NCBI GenBank assembly: GCA_951406725.2
Contig: OX597815.1
Location: 153,450,001 to 153,514,000, forward strand
Length of the DNA stretch: 64,000 nt
Origin: Octopus vulgaris
Taxonomy: Eukaryota
Reading direction: 5' to 3'
Within the stretch, counting starts at the first letter, position 1. Each line of letters begins with the position of its first letter. Under the pieces are notes generated by a model that worked only from the letters and a program-made list of their open reading frames with translations, searched no databases and was not told the origin of the DNA. The position numbers were made by a program, and so were the translations under genes. Of the stretch, positions 14,416 through 28,671 are shown piece by piece.

Positions 14416-14634
14416 GGGGTGCTGAAAAGTTCCTGGCTTTGGGTAAAAGAAAATACAGGAGGATCAGTTAATTATGATTTTATTGAACATATTCCCCTCT
14501 CAGATTCACACACTCATTGCAGTGGTCCTTCAGTTTTTCTAAGCCTTGTAAAAGGATTCAGAAGGTTGGGCCTCCAATCTGGCCTTTCATGATACCCTTA
14601 AAGTGAAGACGTTTTCAGCACCCCACCCCCTTGT
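14413..14634. mobile_element. Mariner-type MITE
   Basis: Imperfect TIRs GGGGTGCTGAAAAGTTC / GACGTTTTCAGCACCCC; second copy in opposite orientation at about 19415-19605. Confidence 0.75.
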
Positions 14635-14689
14635 GTGTGTGTGTCTGTGTGTGTATAATCAATTAAACGACCAAACAATAAAAAAAAAT

Positions 14690-14870
14690 TGAATAAAAAA
14701 CAAAAAGACGAACATGAGGATGTGCACAAGAACTATATTAGTTTCACTCTTGGTGAAAGGAGAGAGTTTTTAACGTTCTGAGCATGCTTCTGTGTCAGAA
14801 AGGAGAAAGTGAGAAGTCTAGAGAAGAAGGAAAAGGAAAATCACTGACTGTCCACATGTGGTTACATTTC
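14690..14870 (-). mobile_element. Solo degenerate PLE pseudo-LTR with hammerhead remnant
   Basis: Minus strand reads ctttCTGACAcagaagcatgctcaGAAcgTTaaaa, followed by sequence architecturally similar to 18295-18420. Confidence 0.45.
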
Positions 14871-16545
14871 TGTAGTTTGTTTATTCATGCGTTTCGTCTC
14901 AATCGATACCTTGACCCCAACGTTTAGTCTGTCCTCATATTATCCCCTCTTTTTCTCAACCTTATGATTAATAAAGAAATTGACTGTTTGTCCCCACCTC
15001 CATTTGAGAACTCGCGTTGAACACCCCCATAACTTAGTTTGGCAAAAGAGTCCAACAGAATAAGTAACAGACTGGAAAATAAGTACTGGGGTCAATTTGC
15101 CCTACTAAACTCATGAAGGTTGTACTCCTGCAGGGTCATTGTCCAAAGACTGAAACAAGGTAAAAAGATCTTATTTCTGTGCTGGGTTATGTTCATGACT
15201 CAGAAAATTTGAGCTTCAATAAGTCGAAAACAAAAATGACATACATAATGACGACTTAGCTAGCTTTCATACAACTAAGTTAAGCTATTAATAGAACGGA
15301 GCAAACATCTTTCAATATCAGCCCACATACAACCAAGTTTAATGTTTTCTTCAAGCCTGCCTCAGAAATGTCTTCATTCAGTGTTTCTTTTTTTTATCTT
15401 ACATTATCTATCTTTATCTCTGGAATATTACATCTATCATATGAATGAGCATATCACATTCTCATTCTTTATAAAACATGATGTAACTCACTGAGATGAT
15501 TTATAATACAACATTAAATAATTACATTTAAGGGATTCCTCTTCTCCTGTTCCTTCTCAATCAAACCCTACTTCATGTTATATAATAAACCTTCCAGTTT
15601 TGCAGTGAATTTTGTACTCCTTTTGTAGGGATGAGCTCAATTTTCAGACAAGATCATTTTCAGATTCAAGATAAATATGAATGACAATTTCTCAGTGACT
15701 TCAAACTGGATCATTAATTACGTAATAGATGTTTTGGGCTGAAGTAAAACAGGAACTCTACAAACAATCTCTGATTTAAGCACAGAAATGGTAGAGATAA
15801 ACATCTTACACATTCTGTTATCTGTGGTAGTAATTCTTTTTAGAACCACACCTAAAAACTGCCTGAGAAAACTTATGTAGGAAGTAAAGAGCAAAATGAA
15901 GAAAGAAAAAGATGCTTTTCAATCTTTTAGCTTTCCTTACATACATTTCAGTGACTGGACCTTGGCCATGCTGGAGCAGACCTTGAATGGTTTAACTGAA
16001 CAAACCAACCCTTTTTTAAAAAAAAAGAGCCTGGCATTTATTTCATCAACCTCTTTCAGCTAACTACCAAGTTACAGATGCAAACAAACCAACACCAGTT
16101 GACAAGTGATGGTAGGGGCAGGACACACACACACACAATAGGTTTCCAGTTTTCATGGAAACATTCATTTATATGGCATTGGTTGGTCTATAGTAGAAGA
16201 CACTTGCCCAAGGTACCATGCTTGCAGTGGAACTAAACCCAAAACCATGTGCCCTGCCTGCAGCTAATCTATACAAATCTATAGTAAAATTAGATACATT
16301 ATTATGTTGAGTGCTACATAATGCGCATGTTTCACAGATAACTGCAGGCCTTTGCTACATTTATGTATGTGTTTCGCAAGATTCTTGATGTGAAATCAAG
16401 TGTTGAAGAGGGTCATATTTTGTCAATTAAACACACAAGAAGACACATGAGATAAAACATCATTGAAGAGTTCACACAATGTGTAACAAAAGAGCTTTGA
16501 CATAGAAACAAAAATAATAATAATAAAGCTGAAGTAAAGACCAAA

Positions 16546-16549
16546 TGTG

Positions 16550-16616
<67 letters not shown>
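16546..16616. repeat. (TG)n microsatellite; many other (TG/CA)n, (TA)n and (ATT)n tracts occur throughout
   Basis: Seen directly. Confidence 0.95.
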
Positions 16617-16618
<2 letters not shown>

Positions 16619-16646
16619 AATTGGCAAATTATGACCATGCCCAAGT

Positions 16647-18420
16647 ATTAACCACATCCACACTTCTTCGTCTGGCTAAACTTGTTCTCTCCCTCAACTG
16701 CTTCTCATTTGCAGGGGCGTTTTACCAACAGGTCTCGAGAGTGACCATGGGAACGGAAATGGGCTCCAACTATGCAAACCTGTTCACTGGCTATACTGAG
16801 GCCCAAATATTTTTAAGATTCACTGGTCCCACTCCTGAACTATACGGGCGTTATATTGATGACTGTATCAGTGTGATCTCGCTCTCCCACAAACAACTAG
16901 ACTACTTCCTCTCCTTTGTCCCATCTTTCCATTCTGCCCTTGAATTCTCCTGTCCTATTTCCAACACTTCTGTCGCCTTTCTCGACATTTTGGTCAACAT
17001 ACACTACTCCACTCTCACCACCTCCATGCACTACTAATACACTGACTCACACCAAGCTCTCCATCCCCTACTCCCAATTCCTCCGTCTGCGCAGACTCTG
17101 CAGTGACAACCATGACTTTGAGACTCAGTGTCAACTCATGGGTCACTACTTCATCCTTCATGGATATCTCCTCATCACTATCCACACCACCTTTGCCAGA
17201 GCACATTCCATGGACCGTGCCTCTGCTCTCCGCACCTGCCCTGCCATTACCAGCTCCTGTTTCCCCTCACCTACCACTCCTCCACCCTGCCTCTCCAAAT
17301 CTCCATTCTCCAAACCTTACGGTGATTCCAGTCCAACCCCTCCACTTCGCACATCGTCTCCAACCTACCCCTCCCCTCCTTCAAACGAGCCCACAACCTA
17401 CATGACCTCCTGGTCCACAGTTTCTTCCCTAACCCTACCTCCCAACCTGGCTTGTTCCCCTCCTCCCACTCACGCTGCCGCATTTGCCCATACCTCTCCA
17501 ACACCACCATCTTCACAGGCACCTATCGTCGTCCCTTTCATATCACTAACTCCTTTACACGCACTTCTAGCAACATCAATTACTGCATCTCCTGCTATTT
17601 CTGTCCTTCTCTGCACATCAAACAGAACACTGCTTGGCTGACTGGTTCGCGGAACACCTCTGAGACATTAGACTCAGTAATGACACCCTGGTCTCACGCC
17701 ATTTCTGCTCTACTGGTCATTCATTACAACACCTGTCTGGGCTTGGATTGTCTTTGCACAGGGGCTATCTGGACTCCCACCTTTGCCGTAAACAGGAATT
17801 AATCTTCTCTCTTTCACGCCACATGGACTCAACTCCCCTCCCCTCTTCATCTAAATCTCTCACCTCTCACATCTACTTCCTCTCTTCACTCCTCTCTTGC
17901 CCTGACACCTACTACCGCTCTTCACTCCTACCCACCTTCTCCCGTCATCAATACCCCCCTCCATCCACACCCCACTCCTACTCATCCCAACACATCCAAA
18001 CCCCACCACACCACCCCTGCACCACCCCACACCACCCTGCACACACTAGTACTGACCACTTCCCAAAACCCACACCATCATCCACACCTACACATTATAA
18101 ACGCACACATCCACCTGTCAAGGTCACCAGCCCCTATCCACATGCATGTGCACCTTCATTTTGGGCTCACCAATACTTTATTATCTCCCCTTCTTCCAAG
18201 CGCTCCTGTCTAACCACCTCTGTCCAGCCAACCGCCATGACTGACCACTAGCCACTAAAGCTTTTTTTATTCTGTTTATTTTCTCATGTTCCCCTCTGTT
18301 GAAGAGTGTAGGCTTGAAATGTAAAAGACTTGTTCACCTTCCAGAGCATTAAACTAGTACACTTGTTTCTTGTTTTTACACCTGTCTTCATCTTTTGTTT
18401 TTCTGTAAATTCCAACTATA
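16647..18420 (+). mobile_element. Second Penelope-like element (Neptune-like), 5'-truncated and degenerate
   Basis: LVLSLNCFSF..YQQ..MGTEMGSNYANLF..YGRYIDD..FLDILV; SIPYSQFLRLRRLCS; zinc-finger-like RCRICPY and GIY-YIG start TSSNINYCISC; C-rich 3' region; terminal hammerhead-like motif. Confidence 0.9.
18293..18328 (+). ncRNA. Variant minimal hammerhead motif at the Neptune-like PLE 3' end
   Basis: CTGTTGA-agagt(gtag)gctt-GAAA-tg-TA-aaag; core A6 is replaced by U and there is CpG decay. Confidence 0.5.
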
Positions 18421-18977
18421 ACAATAATATATCTTGGATTGGAAGAATCCTGCAATATTTTCTATAAATGAGAAAATGTGACCTTGGTAGGGACTACATT
18501 ACAAATATATAACTCATTAGCTCTGTTTACAGTGTCAGCCTCATCTAAAGATATAATTTAAGTCATCCATTTCTATCCCGTCTCTCTTTTCAAAGTTTTT
18601 CTACTCAGTTTCCTATAAGTCCTTATTCCCACCTCTTCTCTGATTTTCTTGACCTTTATGTTTATAATCCAGACAATATATATATTAAGATCTTATCTTT
18701 TATTGATTTATATTAGAGTGTGGAAGATATCACTCATCTTTCATGTGTTCCATCAAAAAGATTAATGCTATTAAGAATGATGATGATTATATATGCCATG
18801 TGTTTAATATTAGACTAAATGTCTGGAGGACCATAAAGTAATATCACTACCATTTCAATAACAACAAAGACAGACACCAAGCTGACACAACCTATTATGT
18901 ATTAGACTATGCATCGATGAAACCGAGATGAATGATTAAATGTCTATAACAAATTAAAAAAACACATCACTATCATT

Positions 18978-19150
18978 CAATTCTATATTTAATAGATGAG
19001 GAATTATGTACATTATTTACATTTGACAGATATTTGTCTTCATCTTGTTTGTTTTTAACACAACATTTCAGCTGATATACCCTCCAAGCCTTCATCAGGT
19101 GTCTTGGGGAAATTTTGAACCTGGGTTCTCATTCCTAAGGTATTTTTCGC

Positions 19151-19182
<32 letters not shown>

Positions 19183-19414
19183 TCACTGCTTGGAATCAAA
19201 CTCGGAATCTTGGGGCCTGTGGGCAATTATGGAGTGAATTTTAGGGCTTATAAATCTAATATTTTCCTATCCTTCCTTAATACCAGTTCCCATATGCTAC
19301 TCATATCTGCACTCAGTCTGCTTAGGAGGTTGTTGTGTCCTAGCATACATGCTGCTTCTTTTAGTTTTTGTATTTTCCAGTGGTGTTCTCTGTCTATTAT
19401 TTTAACTGCATCCC
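18978..19414 (-). mobile_element. 3' fragment of the 0.7-3.6 kb PLE family (endonuclease C-terminus, tRNA-like module, hammerhead, tail)
   Basis: Reverse-complement match to about 3110-3567. Confidence 0.9.
19057..19105 (-). ncRNA. Minimal type I hammerhead ribozyme with intact core
   Basis: GACAC-CUGAUGA-A-GGCU(U)G..CAGCU-GAAA-UG-UU-GUGUU: stems I and II pair, and helix III is the quasi-palindrome AAUGUU. Confidence 0.78.
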
Positions 19415-19830
19415 ACAGGGATGTTGAACAGTTCCTGGCTTTAAGGGTGTTGCAAAAAAGCTTTTACAGGGCTTAGAAAAACTGAAGGACTGCTGCAGTA
19501 AGTGTGTAAATCCGAGACAGGAATATGTTAAATAAAATCATAACTGATCCTGTTTTTTGGGGTTTTTTTACCTAAAGGCAGGAACTGTTCAGCACCCCCT
19601 TGTATATGCATACACACATGCAACAACACATGTGCACATACACATATAAACACGATGGGCTTCTTTCAGTTTCTGTCAACCAGTTTCACTCACAAGGCTT
19701 TGGTTGGCCCGAAATTATAGGAAAAGTAATTCGTCCAAGGTGCCACACAGTGGAACTGAACCTGAAACTATGTGGCTAAGAATCAAATTTCTTTACCAAA
19801 CAGTCTGAACCTACATGAAATTAAAATTCA

Positions 19831-20215
19831 CAGGCATAGGAGTGGCTGTGTGGTAAGTAGCTTGCTTACGAACCACATGGTTCTGGGTTCAGTCCCACTG
19901 CGTGGCACCTTGGGCAAGTGTCTTCTATAGCCTCGGGCCAACCAAAGCCTTGTGAGTGGATTTGGTAGATGGAAACTGAAAGAAGCCTGTCGTATATATG
20001 TATATGTGTGTGTGTGTCTGTGTTTGTCCCCCCAACACCACTTGACAACCGATGCTGGTATGTGTATACATCCCCGTAACTTAGCAGTTCAGCAGAAGAG
20101 ACCAATAGAATAAGTACTAGGCTTACAAAGAATAAGTCCTGGGGTCGATTTGCTCAACTAAAGGTGGTGCTCCAACATGGCCACAGTCAAATGACTGAAA
20201 CAGGTAAAAGAGTAA
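19831..20215 (+). mobile_element. Full-length copy of the major tRNA-derived SINE
   Basis: A-box TGGCTGTGTGG, B-box GGTTCAGTCCC, central (TA)n/(TG)n, tail GACTGAAACAGGTAAAAGAG. Other full or partial copies at about 6159-6310, 6640-6862, 21545-21975, 43706-44105(-), 46545-46965(-) and 63450-63805. Confidence 0.9.
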
Positions 20216-21544
20216 AAGTCTTTTATTCATGATTTCGAATTTAAAATATTTAAGATATAATTTTATTTGAAAAATAAAATTATATCTTAAATATCATGGC
20301 AAACAACATTTTTACTTGAAGCAATATAATTCATCCCCACCCCCAAATTACTAATTTTGTGTAGACTAGAAACTAATTATTTCAGCCTGTGTTACACTTA
20401 ACACTAAAACAAAAGTTCAATTTGCTATCATATCATCAGCATTCTTATAAAAGGTTGTGAGCTGGCAGAATCTCCAATGCATCAGACAAAATGCTTTGCA
20501 GCATTTTTTCTAGTTCTTTACATTCTGAATTTGAATTCTGCCAAAGTTGACTTTGCCTGGGGTTTATAAAGTAAAGTGTCAATCAAGTGCTGAAATTAAT
20601 GTAATTGATTGACCCCACACCTCCAAAATTGCTAAACTTGCACCAAAATTAGAAACCTTCTTTTTGTCATTATTATTGTTGTTTTTGTCTGACATCATGT
20701 GATAGTTATAAATTATGCTGTCCTTATACAATTCTTTGTTTCCAATTTTCTGTGAAAACACATGCGACCTTAGGGCAATATTACCTTACTTGGAAACAGG
20801 TGATGTTGATAGGAAGGGAATCTAACAACAGTTGGATGCCCTTCATGAAAATATGCCTCCATAAATTTTGTCTGACTGATGCAAAGAAGGAAAAGAAAAC
20901 AAGTGGATGTTAAAACAATTATTAGCATTCAGTTCTATATTTAAGAAATGAGGAATTATGTACATTATGTAAATGTAAATAATTATTATCATAATTACTA
21001 AGGTGGCAAGTTGGTTGGATTGTAAACATGCTAGACAAAAACTTATTGACATTTCTTCTGGCTGTTTATACATTCTGAGTTGAAGTATGCACATAGGATC
21101 TCACATTGAGTGCGTTGAAAAACTATGAGCAACTGAGATTACCAAAACAATTAACAGACAAAAGTCTCCCTTTTGAGTGTTTAACTCTTTAGCATTCAGA
21201 TTACTCCGTCAAATGTAATGTTTATTTATTCACATTGTTTTGAATTTATTGTGCATTATCTCAGAGCTTTGAGATATAATTGTTTTGGCACAATGAAGAC
21301 TAGAGTGGATCTGGTCTCTGAAATCAACTGGTGAAAGCAACAGACATACCTCAGTCTTATTACACCCTACTCTACTCGGTAAGACTAACAGGAATTATTG
21401 CCTTTTAACCCTTTGCCTATTCATGCAAATGTTTTGGGACAAACTTATGAATTTCCCTAAGTTTGTCCTAAACACCCATGCTAATTTTTAGACTTTTAGT
21501 CAGCCCTTGTTTCATACATTGAGTAATATAAAATTTTCATTTCA

Positions 21545-21975
21545 TAGGCGCAGGCATAGCTGTGTTGTAAGAAGGTGCAGACATGGCTGTGTGGTAAGAA
21601 GTTTGCTTGCCAACCACATGGTTCCAGGCTCAGTCCCACTGCGTGACACCTTGGGCAAGTGTCTTCTACTATAGCCTTGAGCCAACCAAATCCTTGTGAG
21701 TGGATTTGGTAGATGGAAACAAAGAAGCTTGTTGTGTGTGTGTGTGCGTGTATATATATACATATGTGTGTGTGTGTGTGTCTTTGTGTCTGTCACCCCC
21801 ACCATCGTTTGACAACTGATGTTGGTGAGTTTATGGAGCTGAAACTTAGTTTGGCAAAAGAGACTGATAGAATAAGTATTAGGCTTACAAAGAATAAGTC
21901 CTGGGGTCACTTTCTTCGACTAAAGGTGGTGCTCCAGTATGGCCAGTCAAATGACTGAAACGTGTAAAAGAGTAA
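21545..21975 (+). mobile_element. Full-length major SINE with duplicated head segment
   Basis: Colinear with 19831-20215; first about 30 nt tandemly duplicated. Confidence 0.88.
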
Positions 21976-23382
21976 GCCCCACTTGGAAAATCATAGATGA
22001 TCAAAGTCTCTCAACTCATTATATTACATATTTGAATCCCCACCACAGAACTGACAAATGGTCATTGAAACAACAATTATGACAAAAATCAGCTTTTAAG
22101 TAGTTATTTTTAATTATAAATGATTTCCAAAGATTATCATTATCTCCATAGCATGGCTATAGAAACACTGCGTAAGAAATATCACAAATGTCTGCTTCAT
22201 TGCACTGTAAGCAATTGAAGTTGTGAATAATACAATTAGTTCACAAGAATGGTCATCTATCTATAGAGTTTCAGGCTTTATTCACTGACAACTAATTTAT
22301 CTTGAATGGCTTACTAAAACTGGAAATTTTTAATCAGCCAGCAACAAGCGTCATTATGAAAATAGATTGGATGCGTGACTGTTTTGGTTCTCAGTTTTAG
22401 CCATTTCACTGAAGTTGCTGTAATGACATTGCGAAAGCCATGAACAACACAACTTCAATTCCTTTATTTCTTCTAAAACCATGTGCCAATTCTATATAAA
22501 AAAAAAAATCAATATAAATCAGTTTGTGACAGGTGCAGGAAAGCTGAGTGAATTTGTGACCTGGTTTTGATTTAAAAATTGAAGTTCAGAAGACATTGTC
22601 TATGTAACAAATCAATATCTAATTAGCTTTATTCGTCACACATTCTACCATACCAAAGATATTTGGCATTTAAAAAGATGCGCCCCACATTAACTGGAAA
22701 GATAACTGCTAAGCTCCTTTTAAATTTCCGGTTTTGAACTAGTTTTCTTGCCTGAATATCTTCAGTACATAACTATGCTGAAAGTCTGTTTGTTTTTAGC
22801 AAACTATTACAGTGGATCTTTCTGAAGAAAGAATTTTCTATTCAAAATCCAAATGTAGTAGTTTTGAATGTGTTAGGAGACAGAACTGAAGAACAGCGGA
22901 GTAGAGACAGAAGTGAGGAGTGAAAAAGAAATCCTGAATGAGGGGGAAAAAAAAAAAAAATCAGCAGCAGCATTTTCATCATAATTTCATATTCACTGTT
23001 CCATGGTTCAGAAAATTTGTTGAGGCAGATTTTCTACAGCCAGCTGCCCTTCCTGTCACCAAACCTCACCTGTTTCCAACCAAGATAATATTTCCCCATC
23101 ATCAGAAAGGTTTTCCAAAGAAGACTATAAATGAACATTCCTTGTGCAACAGTGATGTCAAGACAAAGGTACACACTAACATGTGCACTCACACATCTTT
23201 TAAGTTTGTTTACGGGAAATGTCTTGAATATGCAAGTAAAACTATTCCATTATGTTGGCTACAATCTAATGATGCTGACTGGTGAACCAGTTTTTTGGGG
23301 GTTGCACCAAGCTGTACTGATATAATATAGGATAAATATAGTAATAATAATGCATTAAGATATTTATAAATTCCACCCAAGG

Positions 23383-23419
<37 letters not shown>

Positions 23420-26140
23420 GTATGTGTGTGTGTGTATATATGTATATCAAGCCTCTTTCCAGTTTCTGTCTACCAAATCCATTCATAGGAGTATGGTGGA
23501 AGACACCTGCCCTAGATGCTATGTAGTATCACTGAACCAGGGACCACATGTTTGTGAAGCAAACTTCTTAACCAAAAACATTAACATATTTAATAAAGTA
23601 TGTTGATAGGAATTAAATTATATCCTTGAACAAATTTAGTTCCTGTAATAAGTCTATAACCTACTAGATTGAGCAACATCATTAAAAACTTCATATACAT
23701 GAGAGATGGGAGAAAGTCAATCTAGTGTTAAAGTAAAATAACAAGTGTATTTGACCATCACCTAAAAAAAGTCTTGAGTTCAAACTCACTGTAGAGTTTC
23801 AGTGAGAATTTGAACACTACACTTAAAACCTCAGTCCACATAACTGCTGGGAATGGGTACCAAATTATTTAAAACCTATGATAAAATGTTGGTAGGATTA
23901 GGGACAAGATTTGTCTTTAATTGGAACTACGGATTCAGTGCAAAACCTGTTTTGGCATTGGATGCTTAGGTGCTAAGAAAATTTATTTATACTCTACATA
24001 ACAATTAACTTCTATCACTCACTGCAACCAAATTACTAAACCTCATTTAGAATTTTTACTTAGGCTTTGTTTATGTATCTAATGACTGGTGAATTATTGA
24101 TGAAACAGGAATGAAGAAACAAACAAAAAAAAAAAGCATTTGTGCATAGTGGATTTCTTTCATATTTGCAAAGCTGACATAGCAGATAGTTATTTTAAAT
24201 TTTGATGCAGTGAACAAAAAGATTTGGAGCAAAACAGGGTCACATATATAATGAGTGATAGAAATAGCATCCAAATCTTTATTCAGTTACACCCTATTGT
24301 CTTAAAAAAAAATGAAGGACATTTCTAATAACATACATCTGGATATGAAAAGAAAAATATGAGCAACAACATGGAAGTAGGGAGTTACTCAAGTGAAAAG
24401 AGAGCAAGGGAAGTTTGGGATATAAACGGTTTGAAAGTAAATCTGAAATGATATCTGACAGAAACAAAGTCAAATGTAACCCATTCTTAACCCATTCCAA
24501 CATGGAATCTGGCTACTAAAGTGGCAAAGGTGGTGATAACAGCTGTAGTGATAATGAAGGTGGTGGTAGTGATTGAGATGGTGAAATTGGTAATAGTGAT
24601 GATGTTGGTAGTGTATACTCACACATGCTTGTTCTATTAAATCATAAATTTATAAATTTCTGGAGAAAACGTTTGTGTAGCCAGATGTCAGTCCTGTTGT
24701 TAACTACCATTATCTCATCAATACTAACCAAATCAATCACAATTAGCTGATTATTTCAGGATTTAAAAGTCTGTCAACATAAACATTTTTAATGGCTTAG
24801 TAGTAATAGAGGACTGGGATGAATTTTAGTCACAGTAGCCTTGCTTCTGATGATAACACCATAAGTAGATTGTACCTACAAACATCATTGTGAAGCAGGC
24901 CTTGGACTGCATTTTGCTTTAGACAACTCCTGATGAAGTTGTAAAAGTACTGTCATGACATGCAGCATGATTGGGGGTACCTTTTAGACCAGAAGGAGCT
25001 CATCCCTTCCCAGATTTGACTGTAATTGATTTCTTCCAGAGGGACGGACAAATAGACAGAAAGAGCATTAGAAAGAGAAGAATCAACTCTGAAACAGAAG
25101 CACTTTACCAACCCTTGAAAGGATGAAAACAAGTTTACGTCAATGCTATTTGAACTCAGAGCACAGGGAACTAGAACAAATACTGTGACAACTCAATTCA
25201 CCTCACTGCCTTGAATAATCTACTGAGTCCCAAACCCTTAAAAAGTCATAGGTACCAATTTAAAGCTGGCTTTGATAGGGAACCAGAATACATTGTTTTC
25301 AAAATGAAGAAAAGTAATCTGAAGCCAGCAGAGTATTGTTTTGCCAGTAAAAAAAACCATGCAGCAGTAACAGGATTTAAACTACTGTCCTTATAGTCAG
25401 TAGTTCAATGTCTTAGTGTAACAACTTTGCTCCCTTCTGAAATGGGATTTAGATCAGTTCCTCAACTGAATCTTTCTTCATATAGAGATTTGGAGGTACA
25501 TGGCTTAGTAGTTAGGGTATTGAACTCCTGATCGTAAGATTGTGGTTTCAATTCCTGGACTGGGTGACATGTGTTCTTGAGCAAAACACTTCATTTCATT
25601 CTACTCAGTCCATTCAGCTGGCAGAACTTAGCAATTCTGTGACAGATCAGCGTCCTGTCCAAGTGGGGAATTTATATGCTATGGAAACCAGGGAAACTGG
25701 TCCTTAAGTGTCAGCATGACTCAAGAACTTTTTTTTTCTTTTTACATATAGAGATGTAAATCAGTATAACAATGTTGTTTAGTCCTAGGTTAACTCTAAA
25801 AAGTAAACCTTTGTTCAGGGATCAACTGATCTTTCTTTTGCCCTAATAATGTATTTCAGACTTATATGTGTCTTTAAGTCAGTAAAATAATACAAGAAGT
25901 GGGGAGATTTGACTGCTACTTTTTGGTGGTTCTTCACTGGCCTTGACAGAGCATGTGCTTAGTCCCCAGATCAGCTGATTGAGTAAAACTAGTTCAAAGT
26001 TATTCCAGGCAGGAAAATCTTTTTTTTTTAAGAATATATAGATCTATATTATCCAATATATATTATCTTAAGGACATTAGGGTATGATTTAAGAAAGATT
26101 TGGCTGATTAGGGACAACTGAGGCTAAACAATAGCTACCA

Positions 26141-26183
<43 letters not shown>

Positions 26184-28671
26184 GAACACACACAGTGTTC
26201 ATATAAGGCTGTTGATTTACTCTTACAAGTTAATTAGCCATATGAAATACCAACACGTTACACAGCCCAAGTTGATATTAGATAATTAGAAGCTAAATCC
26301 ATTACCCCAGAAAATAATATCTCTGAATACTGCTATTAATGCATTTCTAACTTTTTTGTTTTTAGCCATTTAACATTTTATAACGAAGACAGCATAGTAC
26401 AGATGTCCACCACATAGGGTAAAAAATAGTCAAAAGTAATGGATATATGATGAGATTACTTTCAAATTATTATTTAAAATAGTGCAAAAATATAATGCCA
26501 TCATCATCCTTTTATCATCCACTCTTCCATTCTTCCCTGGGACAGATAGAGTTTGGTGAGGCAAATTTTCTAGTGCCAGATGCCCTTCCTGTTGCCAACC
26601 ATGAGCTGTTTCCAAGCAAGGTAAGATTTCCCTGTGGCCAGACATACTTTCACAGAAGATTGGAAATGAACGATATTGCTTGTATGATGATGATGCTCAT
26701 CTACAACAATCACGTGATGTCAAGACAAGGAGAGACAAGCACACACACACACAACGGCTTCGTCCAGTTTTTGTTCACTAAGTCCACTCACAAGGCTTTC
26801 ACACTTGTCCAAGTTGCTACAGTGGGACTGAACCCACACAGCTACTTGCACCTATATATATATTAACTGGCACTCCGTTGGTTGTGACAATGAAGGTTTC
26901 AGTTGATCAGCCTGCTCATAAAATTGTTGTGTACTCCAGAGACACATGTATCCTTAATATTGTTCTTATGGAGGTTCAGCGTGATGCAGCATGTGACAAG
27001 GCCGGCCCTCTAAAATACAGGTACAACTCATTTTTGCCAGCTGAGTGGACTGGAGCAATGTGAAATAAAGTGACTTGCCTAAGGACACAATGTGCCACTG
27101 GGAATCGAACTCATGGCCTTATGGTTGTGAGCCAATTACCCTAACCAGTAAGCCACACACCTTCACTATATATGCGTGTGTGTGTGTAACAATATTATTT
27201 CCATGCTGACATTCTCATTACTTTTCGCAAAGATTGCTTTTACAGTTAACATTAACTGGGTGTGTTTTTAATTACATGCCTGGAGCAGATGGGCAGTGTC
27301 AATAGATAGCTCTACACAATTTATATAATTACGTGGTTAATAATGGGATGTGTTTAATGTTTCATTCGAATTATAGTCGATCAGCAATCAGAGAGGAACA
27401 GGTAATGTGTACAAAAGGGAGGAATTAAAGAGTGTAGTGGGATGTAGGAACCAATGGTGCTAAGAAAGACCTAGCAATTGTAATGGAAAGAGGTATGTCA
27501 AAGTTGGTGAATATTTCAAGAGAATGAGATTAAAGCTTGTAAAATGGAGAAGGCTATTATTGTAGTCATAATGGAAACCTGTAACTGGATTCAATCATTA
27601 CACAGCAACCACGATGGAGCAGAACATTCATAGGCATATAGTTAAACTCAGTATTTTGTCAGGTACTTATTGAAGGATAGAAAGCAGAGTCAACCAAGTA
27701 ACCAAGTGTAAAGAGAAGCAGTTAAGATGAATCGAAAATAAAAAGTATGTTCATTTGATGCACTCAGTTTTTGCCAGTGTGCATCAATATGTGCAAATAT
27801 GTGCAGACACACACAAGGAAAATGTTGATTGTTGTTTTGAAGCTTTGGCTATGTAGATTCAAGACAGCTGGTTGATGAAGGCTATGCAAATGAAACTTCT
27901 TTTCTTATAAATGATATAAAAAAGTTTCTCTACTGAAAGGAACTGAGTGATACTTCAAATGAATGTTTGAATGCTTGCTTGTTTGTTTGGATGTATGTTT
28001 GTTTGAATGTATACATATATATATATATATATCATCATCATCATCAACATCATCATCATTTAATATCTGTTTTCCATGCTGGCATGGGTTGGATGGTTTG
28101 ACAGGGACCGGTAAACTGCACCAGGTTCCAATTATCTGTTTGGCATGATGTCTATGGATGGATGCCCTTCTTAATACCAACTACTTTAGAATGTACTGGA
28201 TGCTTTTTACAAGGAACCAGCACAGATGCTTTTTACGTGGTACCAGCACCAGCAGGGTTGCCAAGTAACTTGCAAGACAAAAACTCTCAGTTGTGAAAGG
28301 GGGTGAAATCAAAGGAAGTGACAGTCTGCCAGGTGAGAGGTTAAAATATGATAGAGGGACAGAGATAGTTGTCTTACTATAGAGGAGATACTTGGCTATC
28401 CCAGTAGGACAAAGAAGGAAGGTGGTAGAGAGAGAGAAATAGATGGTGTTGGAGATGTATTGAGGCCTATCCACAGTGAACAGTGGATGTGGGAGTATAA
28501 GTACTACAGAGGGAATAGAGGGGAATGCTCCATAAGAGTTAGGAGATATGTTTAGAGATGGGGAAGACATAACTGGAGCAAATAATGGTGAGGAAAATTG
28601 GAGAGGCTGAGAGGTGGGGTAAGGAAAATATGTGAGGACATGGAGGGTGTGTGGATAGGCACAAGAAAGTT

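Noticed and set aside
24930-24936. CTGATGA hammerhead-core or snoRNA C-box word
   Set aside because: No stem II, GAAA or flanking helices follow.
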